This document shows positions 1-8,296 of a stretch of DNA of 50,136 nt, in pieces. The notes under the pieces were generated by a model. The model searched no databases. It had not been told where the DNA came from and saw only the letters and a program-made list of their open reading frames with translations. Numbering within the stretch: the first letter of the stretch is position 1; each line of letters begins with the position of its first letter. Made by a program: the position numbers and the translations under genes. Origin of the DNA: Myxococcota bacterium (GTDB lineage Bacteria; Myxococcota_A; UBA9160; UBA4427); contig JAYZFK010000043.1 in NCBI GenBank assembly GCA_036336835.1, positions 1-50,136 on the forward strand, given 5' to 3'.

Positions 1-1
1 G

Positions 2-1705
2 CTCGCGGCGCGCGTCGTGGCGAGAGCGCGCGGCGAAACCGCCTGGAACTCGCGCGCAGCGTGCACCGCCTTCACCGGCGTCGCCTTCCTGCCGGTGCTC
101 GTCTACACGAGCCCGATGCCGGGCAACGAAGTCGCGGCCGCGTTCTTCGTCGCCGCCGTGTTGGCGGCCTTCCTCGCAAGCGAGCAGCGGCGCGAGCCCT
201 CGCGGCGGCTCGATCTCGCGATCGGCGTGCTGGCGGGATGCGCGGTACTGACCAAGGTGAGTGCCGTCGTCCCGCTCGCCGCCATCGCCCTCGCCGCGGC
301 GCTGCGCGCGCTGCGACGGGACGATCGGCTCGCGTCGCTGCGCGCGCTCGCGTCGCGCGGCGCCTGGATCGCGGCGGTCTTCGCGTTGCTCACGGGCCCC
401 TACTACGGACGCAGCATCGCCAGCTTCGGCACGCCCTTCGTCACGAGTCACGAACACCCCAAGGTCAAGGCGATGGAAATCCAGCAGCCACCGGGCGAGC
501 GGACGTGGCGCGACTTCGTGTCCCTTCCGGGGCCGGCGCTGCTGCGCGACTCGAGCTTCGATGCGCCGCACCTCCTGCGTTCGGTGTGGGGCAGCGTCTA
601 CCTCAACACCTGGTTCGACACCTATCGCGCCTCGCAATTCGCGCGCTGGGAGCTGATCCCGCCCAACGACTACCCGATCCACCGCGAGACGCTCCTGCTG
701 GCAGGGCTCGGCATCATCCCGATGGGTTTTGCTCTCTGGGGCGCCGCGCTGATGCTGCGCAGCGCGTGGCGCGACCGCGACGCCATCGTGGACCTCACAT
801 TCGCGCTGGTCTCGGTCACCTCGCTCGCCTTCTTCGTCGCCTTCACGGTGCGAGTTCCTACCTTCGCAGCCGTCAAGGCGTCCTACCTGCTCGCCCTCTC
901 GCTGCCATACGGCTGGGCGCTCGCGCGCGGCATCGAGGCGGCTCTGCAAGGGCCGCGCCCGGCGCGCTGGCTCGGTCTTGGCGGCTGCGCCGGCCTGGCT
1001 GTCGCGGCATTGGCCACCACCGCCGTGCTCGCCAGCGGTGCGCTCTACCCGGCGCGGCCCGATCATCGCGATATCCACGCGCTGCGCGCGTTCTTCGGTG
1101 CCAGCGAGCCGGCGCGCGAGTGGTTCCGCGAGGCCGGGGTTTCCAACCACCGCCACGCCGTCGAGGTGCTCGGCTCGGTCGAACTCGCGGCCGGGGAGCA
1201 CGAGCGCGCGGCCGAGCTGTTTCGCAGTGTCGCAAGTGGCTCGGTGACGGCCGAGTTCGTCAATGCCCTCGCGGTGTCGAGCGCGCTCACCGGCCGGCCC
1301 GGCGAGGCGGTGCAGCTGTGGGACCGCGCCCTCCGCGCACCGGCGCCAGCCGAGCTGCGTGTCAACCGCGGTGCCGTGCGCGCGCGGTCCGGCGATCTCG
1401 CCAGCGGGCGCGCGGACCTCGAGCGCGCTCTTGCCGAGCAGCCGGATATCGCAGTCGGCTGGGCGAACCTCGCCTGGGTCGAGGCCGCGCTCGGCAACGA
1501 CGCCGCCGCGGCGAGCGCAGCAGAGCGAGCGGCAGAGCTCGCCAGGCGCCCGCCGCGCGGCTTTCCGTACGGCGTCGGCGACGGCGATCTCGACTACGCC
1601 GGCCGGGGGCAACGCTGGCTGTTGCGGCTGACCGGGCCGGCCAGCGCCCCCGGTCTCGAGCTGTACCGGCCGCCGCGCGCACGCTACGGGCCGGAAGCGG
1701 GCTAG
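2..1705 (+). CDS. GT-C fold (ArnT/PMT, GT39-like) membrane glycosyltransferase with C-terminal TPR-like domain; 5' partial
   Basis: Frame is open from the window edge. Multiple TM helices with 'GNE..AAFF' and 'LAGCAVLTK' segments typical of the PMT_2/ArnT family. C-terminal helical repeats (NALAV..., VNRGAVR...DLERAL...WANLAWV) look like TPRs. Confidence 0.65.
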   Translation, partial: LAARVVARARGETAWNSRAACTAFTGVAFLPVLVYTSPMPGNEVAAAFFVAAVLAAFLASEQRREPSRRLDLAIGVLAGCAVLTKVSAVVPLAAIALAAALRALRRDDRLASLRALASRGAWIAAVFALLTGPYYGRSIASFGTPFVTSHEHPKVKAMEIQQPPGERTWRDFVSLPGPALLRDSSFDAPHLLRSVWGSVYLNTWFDTYRASQFARWELIPPNDYPIHRETLLLAGLGIIPMGFALWGAALMLRSAWRDRDAIVDLTFALVSVTSLAFFVAFTVRVPTFAAVKASYLLALSLPYGWALARGIEAALQGPRPARWLGLGGCAGLAVAALATTAVLASGALYPARPDHRDIHALRAFFGASEPAREWFREAGVSNHRHAVEVLGSVELAAGEHERAAELFRSVASGSVTAEFVNALAVSSALTGRPGEAVQLWDRALRAPAPAELRVNRGAVRARSGDLASGRADLERALAEQPDIAVGWANLAWVEAALGNDAAAASAAERAAELARRPPRGFPYGVGDGDLDYAGRGQRWLLRLTGPASAPGLELYRPPRARYGPEAG

Positions 1706-1714
1706 GCTGCGCGC

Positions 1715-2083
1715 GTGTCGAGCATTGCCGACCTCCTCACTCGCTATGCGGCCTTCGTCTCGGCTGGCGACGTCGAGAGCATCGTGTCGCTCTACGCACC
1801 CGATGCGGAGATCGAGATCCCCGTCGGCGGCCCGGTCCACCGCGGGATCGACGCCGTGCGCGCCTTCTACGCCGGAAACGAGCTCGCCCAGCAGCTCGAA
1901 GTCTCGGGCCGCGCCTGCGTAGCGGGCGACGAGGCCGCCGTGCCGATGCGCGCTGTGGTCGTCCAGCAGGGCCGACGACTAGAGCTCGATGTGATCGACG
2001 TCGTGAAGGTCGACGCGCACGGACGGCTCGAGCGCCTGCGTGCCTTCTTCGACCTCGCGGGGGCGCGACCGATCGAGGACTAG
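1715..2083 (+). CDS. NTF2/SnoaL-like protein, ketosteroid isomerase homolog
   Basis: Follows the KSI pattern RY....AGD...IV.LYA.DA..E.PVG....G..A.RAFY ... EAA ... VID ... G....RAFF. GTG start lies 6 nt after TAGGCT. Confidence 0.85.
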   Translation: MSSIADLLTRYAAFVSAGDVESIVSLYAPDAEIEIPVGGPVHRGIDAVRAFYAGNELAQQLEVSGRACVAGDEAAVPMRAVVVQQGRRLELDVIDVVKVDAHGRLERLRAFFDLAGARPIED

Positions 2084-2110
2084 GTGGCTGACGCGCGCCT
2101 GCCGGGCCCG

Positions 2111-2893
2111 CTAGAAGGTATTGAAGCCGGGAATGAAGCGGCCGGCGTGCGCCCCGCCGTCGACCGGCAGATCGACTCCCGTGCAGTGCAGGCTCGCATC
2201 GCTGGCGAAGAAGCACACCGCGTCGGCGATCACCTCGAGTGGCACCTCGCCCGGGATCGCACGGTTGTCGGTGTAGGCGCGCGTCTCGTCGAGAAAGCCA
2301 GCCAGCTGCGATGCCCACGGCCCGTACATCTCGACGTTTCCGCCGGCGGGGCACACCGAGTTCACGCGAATCCCATCGCGCCCGAGTTCGAGGGCCGCGG
2401 ACTTCGCGAGCCCTCGCAGCCCCCACTTCGAGGCGCAGTACGAGGTGATGCCATTCATGCCGATCAGTGAGTCGACCGAGCCGACGTTCACGATCGAGCC
2501 GCGGCCCTGCCGACGCATCGCCGGCAGCACCGCGCGGATCCCGAGATACGGGCCGATCGTGTTCACCTCGAGGAGCCGGCGCAGCACCTCGTCGGACGTC
2601 TGCGCGATCGTCCCCAGGTGGAGCACCGCGGCGTTGTTGACCAGCACGTCGAGCTGCCCGGCCGCGGCGAGCGCGCGTTCGACGATGCGCTCCCACTCGT
2701 CGGTCCGCGTGACATCGTGGGGAACGAACCGGGCGCGCTCGCCGAGCCCTTCGGCAACCTTCGCACCGTCCTCCTCCCGGATATCGCCCAGGAACACAGT
2801 GGCGCCGCGCTCGACCAACCGGCGAGCGATCGCCGCGCCAGTGCCGCGCGCCGCCCCAGTCACGATCGCAACCCGTCCCGCGAGATCACTCAT
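2111..2893 (-). CDS. SDR family oxidoreductase (3-alpha,20-beta-hydroxysteroid dehydrogenase-like)
   Basis: TGAARGTG glycine motif, VNNAA, catalytic YCASK, GIRVNSVCP; GGAGGAG RBS. Confidence 0.92.
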   Translation of the reverse strand: MSDLAGRVAIVTGAARGTGAAIARRLVERGATVFLGDIREEDGAKVAEGLGERARFVPHDVTRTDEWERIVERALAAAGQLDVLVNNAAVLHLGTIAQTSDEVLRRLLEVNTIGPYLGIRAVLPAMRRQGRGSIVNVGSVDSLIGMNGITSYCASKWGLRGLAKSAALELGRDGIRVNSVCPAGGNVEMYGPWASQLAGFLDETRAYTDNRAIPGEVPLEVIADAVCFFASDASLHCTGVDLPVDGGAHAGRFIPGFNTF

Positions 2894-2990
2894 GCCCGTC
2901 TCCTCCGAGGCGACAGCTTACTCCCGGACATGGTCTGCCGCGAGCAGCACGACTTGTTCGCGCAACCACTCGACGGGTAGGCTGTCGCGG

Positions 2991-4184
2991 ATGAGCGCGC
3001 CCTTCATCGATACCCTGAGCCCGGCTTACGACGCCGACATCCACGGCGCACACCGCACGGCGCGCGAGAAGTCGTGGTACGCGCAAACACCGCTCGGCCT
3101 GCTGCTCCTGCGCTACCGCGATGTCCAGTGGCTGCTGCGCGATGCGCGGTTTCGCGAGCAGGGTGCGGACGCGCTCGCGCTGGCTGGGATCACCGACGGC
3201 CCGCTGCTGGACTGGTTCGGGCAGATCGTGTCGAACCAGGAAGGCAGCGATCACCGACGGCTGCGACAGCTGGTGTCGCAGGCCTTCACGCCGCGTCGCG
3301 TCGAGAAGCTGCGGCCGCTGATGCGCGACACGGCAAACGAGTTCCTCGCTGCCTTCGTCGGTCGCGGCCGCTGCGAGTTCGTCTCGGCGTTCGCCGCGCC
3401 GTACCCGGTGCGCGTGATCGGCGCCCTGCTCGGCGTCCCGCCCGGGGACTTCGCGCGCTTTCACGCCTGGTCGAGCGATCTCTCGCTGGCCTTCGGTAGT
3501 CAGATCGCGCCAGAACGGGCTCGCATCGAGAGGGCACTCGGCAACCTCGAGGACTACGTCGACAGCCTGCTCGCCCTGCGGCGACGCTCCCCGGCGGACG
3601 ACCTGATCACGGCACTGATCGCGGCCGGCCTGGACGGAGATCGGCTGAGCCCGCAGGAGCTGCGCGCGATGATCACGGTGTTGATCTTCGGTGGGCAGGA
3701 CACGACGCAGTGCCAGCTCGCTTGCGCGGTCGCAACCTTCCTGGACCACGCCGGCCAATGGGACAGACTCGCCGCCCAGCCGCGGCTCGCTCGCAGAGCG
3801 GTCGAGGAGGTGCTCCGCTACGAGCCGGCGGGCTCGGGCTCGCCCCGCCTCGCACTCGAAGACGTCGACTACCGGGGCCTGCGGATCGCCGCGGGCACGG
3901 TCGTCGTGCCATCGGCGCCCGCCGCCAATCGGGACCCGGAGGCCTACGACGACCCCGAGCTCTTCGAGATCGCGCGCGATCCCGATCCGCCCATGCTCAC
4001 CTTCGGCAGCGGTGCGCACTACTGTCTGGGCGCCGCGCTGGCGCGTGCGGAGCTCGAGGAGGCGCTCCCGCTGCTGGCCCGCCGGCTGGCTCGGATCGAG
4101 CTGGACGGCGACGCGCGCTGGCGCAGCGGGACCCAGATCCGCGGCCCCGAGCGACTGCCGATCCGCTTTCGAGCTCGCGACTGA
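2991..4184 (+). CDS. Cytochrome P450 (#1)
   Basis: HRRLR..VSQAFTPR, I-helix GGQDTT, EEVLR (ExxR), heme motif FGSGAHYCLG; start placed at ATG 2991. Confidence 0.93.
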   Translation: MSAPFIDTLSPAYDADIHGAHRTAREKSWYAQTPLGLLLLRYRDVQWLLRDARFREQGADALALAGITDGPLLDWFGQIVSNQEGSDHRRLRQLVSQAFTPRRVEKLRPLMRDTANEFLAAFVGRGRCEFVSAFAAPYPVRVIGALLGVPPGDFARFHAWSSDLSLAFGSQIAPERARIERALGNLEDYVDSLLALRRRSPADDLITALIAAGLDGDRLSPQELRAMITVLIFGGQDTTQCQLACAVATFLDHAGQWDRLAAQPRLARRAVEEVLRYEPAGSGSPRLALEDVDYRGLRIAAGTVVVPSAPAANRDPEAYDDPELFEIARDPDPPMLTFGSGAHYCLGAALARAELEEALPLLARRLARIELDGDARWRSGTQIRGPERLPIRFRARD

Positions 4185-4204
4185 CTCGTCACCCCGGAGC
4201 CCCG

Positions 4205-5395
4205 ATGCCCGCCGCCTTCGAGTTCGACCCCTTCGACCCGAGCTGCTTCGACGATCCATACCCCGCCTACCGGACCCTGCGCCGTGAGCATCCGGTGTAC
4301 CGGCGCGAGATCGAGGAGCCGCGGGTGTCTCCGCACTACTGGATGCTCTCGCGCGCTGCCGACGTCGACCATGCGCTTGGCGACTGGCAGACCTTCTCGT
4401 CCGCCAAGGGCACGCTGATCGACACCGACATCAGTCTGATCCCGCCCAACATGTTCAACATGGATCCGCCTCGGCACGACGAACTGCGGGCCATCCTCGC
4501 GCGCGTGCTGACCCCAGCGCGCGTCGCCGGCCTCGAGCGCTCCGTGCGCGACAGCGCCTGCGAGCTGATCGCGGCGGTCCGCGAGCGGGATCACTTCGAC
4601 GTCGCGACGGAGTACGCACAGCAGATTCCGACGCTGACGATGTGCGAGCTGATGGATCTGCCGACGAGTGATCGCGCGCAATTTCTGAAGTGGAACCTCG
4701 ATACGCTCGCCGACGGCGACTTCACGGGACCCATCGCGCTCCAGGCATACGCCGAGATGGACGCCTACTGGAAGGGCCTGGTCGCCGAGCGACGCGGGCG
4801 ACGCGGCCCGGACCTGATCTCGCAGATCCTGCACCACCCGACCGAGAGCCGGGAGCTCTCCGACGCCGAGATCGCGGGCTTCTGCTCGCTGCTGCTCGAC
4901 GCCTCGCAGAACACCACGATGAACACGATCACCCACGGCATCCTGTCGCTCGCGCGTTTTCCCGACGAACGCAGCAAGCTCGAGCGCGAACCCGAGCGCT
5001 GGACGAACGCTCTCGAAGAGCTGCTGCGCTTCGTGTCTCCGGTCCAGGGTCTCGCCCGTTCGACGACCCGCGACGTCACACTGCACGGGCTCACGATTCC
5101 GGCCGGCGATCCGGTCCTGGTGCTGTACGGCTCGGCGAACCACGACGAGACGGTGTACCCGAACCCGGACGCGCTCGACTTCGAGCGCGAGGCGCGCGGT
5201 CACTGGGCCTTCGGACGCGGGATCCACACCTGTCTCGGCAACGCCGTGGCCCGACTCGAGGTCCGCGTCGCGCTCGAGGAGCTGCTCGCCGCGATCCCGG
5301 ATTACGACTACGTCGAATCGCGCATCGAGCGCAACCAGCTCGTGCCGACCCGCGGCGTCGCGCATGCCCCGATCGAATTCAGGAGCCGCCGATGA
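4205..5395 (+). CDS. Cytochrome P450 (#2)
   Basis: MDPPRH..LR, EELLR, heme motif FGRGIHTCLG; I-helix LDASQNTT; GGAG RBS before ATG 4205. Confidence 0.93.
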   Translation: MPAAFEFDPFDPSCFDDPYPAYRTLRREHPVYRREIEEPRVSPHYWMLSRAADVDHALGDWQTFSSAKGTLIDTDISLIPPNMFNMDPPRHDELRAILARVLTPARVAGLERSVRDSACELIAAVRERDHFDVATEYAQQIPTLTMCELMDLPTSDRAQFLKWNLDTLADGDFTGPIALQAYAEMDAYWKGLVAERRGRRGPDLISQILHHPTESRELSDAEIAGFCSLLLDASQNTTMNTITHGILSLARFPDERSKLEREPERWTNALEELLRFVSPVQGLARSTTRDVTLHGLTIPAGDPVLVLYGSANHDETVYPNPDALDFEREARGHWAFGRGIHTCLGNAVARLEVRVALEELLAAIPDYDYVESRIERNQLVPTRGVAHAPIEFRSRR

Positions 5396-6600
5396 GCAAG
5401 CCCCCGATCGATGACGACTACGCCTTCGACCCCGCGAACCCGGCCGAGTCGAAGGACTTCGCGAGGCTCGCCCGGATCCGCCGCGAGCGCCCAGTGTGCC
5501 GTCCCGCCGAGAACGTCGTGCTCACCACCCGGCGCGACGCCACACGCGCCGCCTTCCTCGAGTCGAAGCGCTTCTCCTCGGTCGGCGACATGCGCCTGCC
5601 GGGCGTCGTCGTCCCCGTCGAGGAGAGCTTCCTCGGCGAGCTCGACGCGCCGCTCCATCCGAAGATCCGCCGCATCCTGATGAAGGGCTTCGCGCGCAGC
5701 AGCGCTGCCGCCGCCGAGCCCTGGACGCGCGACAACGTGCGACGCCACCTGGACGCGCTGGCGGCCGGCGGGGGCGGCGATCTGATGCAGGCGCTCGCGA
5801 TCCCGCTGCCCGGCTCGGTCAGCGCGCACACGCTCGGCATCCCCGACGAGCTCCACGAACGCGTGATGGACTGGTGCAACGAGCTGCTCCACAGCAGCTG
5901 GCCGGCGACCGGCAAGACCGAGCGCGGCGAGGGCATCGAAGACAGCTTCCCCGAGCTCAGCGCGACGCTCGACGCATTGATCCGCGAGCGCGAGACGTCG
6001 GACCGGGGCGACCTGCTCTCCCTGATGGTGCGGAGCCGCGATGCCGACGGCTGGCAGATCGGCGCGCACCACGTCCGCACATTGACGGTGAACATCCTGG
6101 CTGGCTCGTTGTCCGCCAGCTACATGCTGGGCAACCTGCTGTACCGGCTGCTGCGCGACCGGGATTTCGACGCCGCGCTGCGGGCGGATCGCGCGCTGAT
6201 TGGCGTCGCGGTCGAAGAATCGCTGCGCCTCGAGGCGCCGGTCACCTTTCTGTTTCGGACGGCGCGCGAAGACGGCGAGATCGGCGGCTGTCCGGTCCAT
6301 CGCGGCGAGCACGTCATGCTCGGTATCGCCGCCGCCAACCGGGACGAGAATGCCTACCAGGACGCCGACCAGTTTCGACTCGACCGCTCCGACCCACCCG
6401 AGCACCTTGCGTTCGGCATCGGTCCGCACGTCTGCGTCGGCAACCACCTGACGAGAATGATCGGGCGGGTCGTGCTCGAGGAGACGATCGATCGCTTCGA
6501 GATCGGCGCGCTGCGCCTGGCCGACGGCTACGAGTGGGTCTGCGTCGATCACCTGCAGGAGTACGGCCCGGAGACACTCGACGTGGTGCTCGACGGCTGA
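5392..6600 (+). CDS. Cytochrome P450 (#3)
   Basis: LDAPLHPKIR, EESLR, heme motif FGIGPHVCVG; ATGA overlap with the P450 #2 stop; AGGAG RBS. Confidence 0.93.
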   Translation: MSKPPIDDDYAFDPANPAESKDFARLARIRRERPVCRPAENVVLTTRRDATRAAFLESKRFSSVGDMRLPGVVVPVEESFLGELDAPLHPKIRRILMKGFARSSAAAAEPWTRDNVRRHLDALAAGGGGDLMQALAIPLPGSVSAHTLGIPDELHERVMDWCNELLHSSWPATGKTERGEGIEDSFPELSATLDALIRERETSDRGDLLSLMVRSRDADGWQIGAHHVRTLTVNILAGSLSASYMLGNLLYRLLRDRDFDAALRADRALIGVAVEESLRLEAPVTFLFRTAREDGEIGGCPVHRGEHVMLGIAAANRDENAYQDADQFRLDRSDPPEHLAFGIGPHVCVGNHLTRMIGRVVLEETIDRFEIGALRLADGYEWVCVDHLQEYGPETLDVVLDG

Positions 6601-6626
6601 AGTGCGGTAGAAGGAGACCCTGCAGC

Positions 6627-7442
6627 ATGGCGACATCGTCGAACAAGCTGGACGACCGGGTGGCGATCGTAACGGGCGCGGCCTCTGGAATCGGGCGCGC
6701 GAGCGCACACGCGCTCGCCGCGGCGGGCGCCGCCGTGCTGATCGCCGACCGCAACGCCGAGGGCGCTTCGCGCGTTGCCGACGAGATCGAGGCCAGTGGA
6801 GGCCGCGCGGCCGCGCAGACGACCGAGGTGAGCAGCGAGGCGTCGATCCGCGAGATGGTGGCAGCCGCGGTTGCGCACTTCGGCGGCATCGACATCCTGC
6901 ACAACAACGCGGCGGACTCGGACCCGGCCCTGATGGGGCGCGACCTGGAGCTGGCGGACATGGCGGTCGACGTCTGGGACGCGACCTTCGCCGTCAACCT
7001 GCGCGGTCCGATGCTCGGTTGCAAGCACGCGATCCCACACATGCTGGAGCGGGGGGGCGGCGCGATCGTCAACACGTCGTCCGTGTCGGGGCAGGTCGGC
7101 GATCTGTCGCGCGCCGCATACGGCGCCTCGAAGGCAGGACTCGACTCGCTGACGCGCTACGTCGCCACCCAGTACGGCAAGCGTGGCATCCGCTGTAACG
7201 CGATCGCGCCGGGTGTGATCGAAACGCCCGCGCTCGCCGCCAACCTGCCGGCCGAGCAGCTCGCGGTGTTCGAGCGCAGCCACCTGACCCCGCGGCTCGG
7301 ACGTCCCGCGGACATCGCCGCAGCCGTCGTGTTCCTGGCCTCGGACGACGCGGCCTTCATCACCGGGCAGACGATCGCGGTCGACGGCGGGCTGCTCGCC
7401 CACCACCCGACCTTCGGCGAGTTCACGAACGAGACGGGCTGA
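6627..7442 (+). CDS. SDR family oxidoreductase (7-alpha-hydroxysteroid dehydrogenase/FabG-like)
   Basis: TGAASGIG, HNNAA, YGASK, GIRCNAIAPG, ITGQTIAVDGG; AAGGAG RBS. Confidence 0.92.
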   Translation: MATSSNKLDDRVAIVTGAASGIGRASAHALAAAGAAVLIADRNAEGASRVADEIEASGGRAAAQTTEVSSEASIREMVAAAVAHFGGIDILHNNAADSDPALMGRDLELADMAVDVWDATFAVNLRGPMLGCKHAIPHMLERGGGAIVNTSSVSGQVGDLSRAAYGASKAGLDSLTRYVATQYGKRGIRCNAIAPGVIETPALAANLPAEQLAVFERSHLTPRLGRPADIAAAVVFLASDDAAFITGQTIAVDGGLLAHHPTFGEFTNETG

Positions 7443-7443
7443 A

Positions 7444-7462
7444 GGCGCCGTCGGGCGGCGCC
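7444..7462 (+). terminator. GC hairpin after the P450/SDR operon (possible terminator)
   Basis: Perfect 7-bp stem GGCGCCG-TCGGG-CGGCGCC right after the stop codon; no U-tract. Confidence 0.35.
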
Positions 7463-7501
7463 GCTCCACGATCCCGCGATCGACGCGCACCCCTCCGCCA
7501 C

Positions 7502-7538
7502 TTGACACGGAGGCGAACAAAAGACGAAAATAAGGCGA
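7502..7538 (+). promoter_or_regulatory. sigma70-like promoter of imuA-imuB with CGAA-N7-CGAA direct repeat (candidate SOS-type operator)
   Basis: TTGACA at 7502-7507; CGAA at 7514-7517 and 7525-7528, partial CGA at 7536 (11-bp period); possible -10 GAAAAT at 7526-7531; AT-rich patch in GC-rich DNA. Confidence 0.7.
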
Positions 7539-8296
7539 TGGGCTCTGGATCCCCCACCCGAGCGGCGCACACGCGCCCCGACCCCGCCGCCTCGAGATCG
7601 CTCTCGTCGCGGGCCGATCGCCTCCAGGCCCTGCGGCACGACCTGGGCTCCGCCCTGCAACAGGGGCTCGGGATGGAGCCGGACGCCGCAGCCTGCTGCC
7701 CCACCGGATTGCCCGAGCTCGACCACCTGCTCGGCGGCGGGCTACCGCAGGGCCGGCTCTGCGAGCTGGTCGGCCCCTCCTCGTCCGGTCGCACCACGCT
7801 GGCGCTGGCGCTGCTGGCCACGAAGACCCGGAGAGGACACTGCGCGGGCTGGATCGACGGCGCCGATGCCTTCGACCCGGTCTCGGCAGACGCTGCGGGG
7901 GTCGCGCTCGAACGCGTGCTGTGGGTGCGACCGCCTTCCCTGCGCGAAGCACTCCGCTGTGCCGAGCGGTTGCTCGAGACCGAGGGCTTCCCACTGGTCG
8001 TGCTCGACCTGACTGCAGGACAGGGCAGCCTGGCGAGCACGAACGACCCGCCCACCTGGCTGCGGCTGGCGCGGCTGGCGGCCGGCACGCAGAGCGCACT
8101 GGTCGTGCTCGGCTCCGAGCGCCGCGCGGGGGCCTCGGCCCACCTCGCACTCGAGCTGCAACCGGCCCGAACGCACTGGAGCGAGGGGCTGGTGCTGCTC
8201 GAGCAGCTCGAGCTCGAGGTCGTTCTCGCGCGTCATCGCGCCGCCCCGACCGGCCGCAGCGTCCGCATCGCCACAGCCCGATCGCGCGCCGCATGA
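7538..8296 (+). CDS. imuA: ImuA-like RecA/RadA-fold mutasome accessory protein
   Basis: PTGLPELDHLLGGGLPQGRLCELVGPSSSGRTT (degenerate Walker A with GRT), WIDGADAFDP, GV.LERVLWVRP; coupled to imuB by ATGA overlap. Confidence 0.85.
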   Translation: MGSGSPTRAAHTRPDPAASRSLSSRADRLQALRHDLGSALQQGLGMEPDAAACCPTGLPELDHLLGGGLPQGRLCELVGPSSSGRTTLALALLATKTRRGHCAGWIDGADAFDPVSADAAGVALERVLWVRPPSLREALRCAERLLETEGFPLVVLDLTAGQGSLASTNDPPTWLRLARLAAGTQSALVVLGSERRAGASAHLALELQPARTHWSEGLVLLEQLELEVVLARHRAAPTGRSVRIATARSRAA

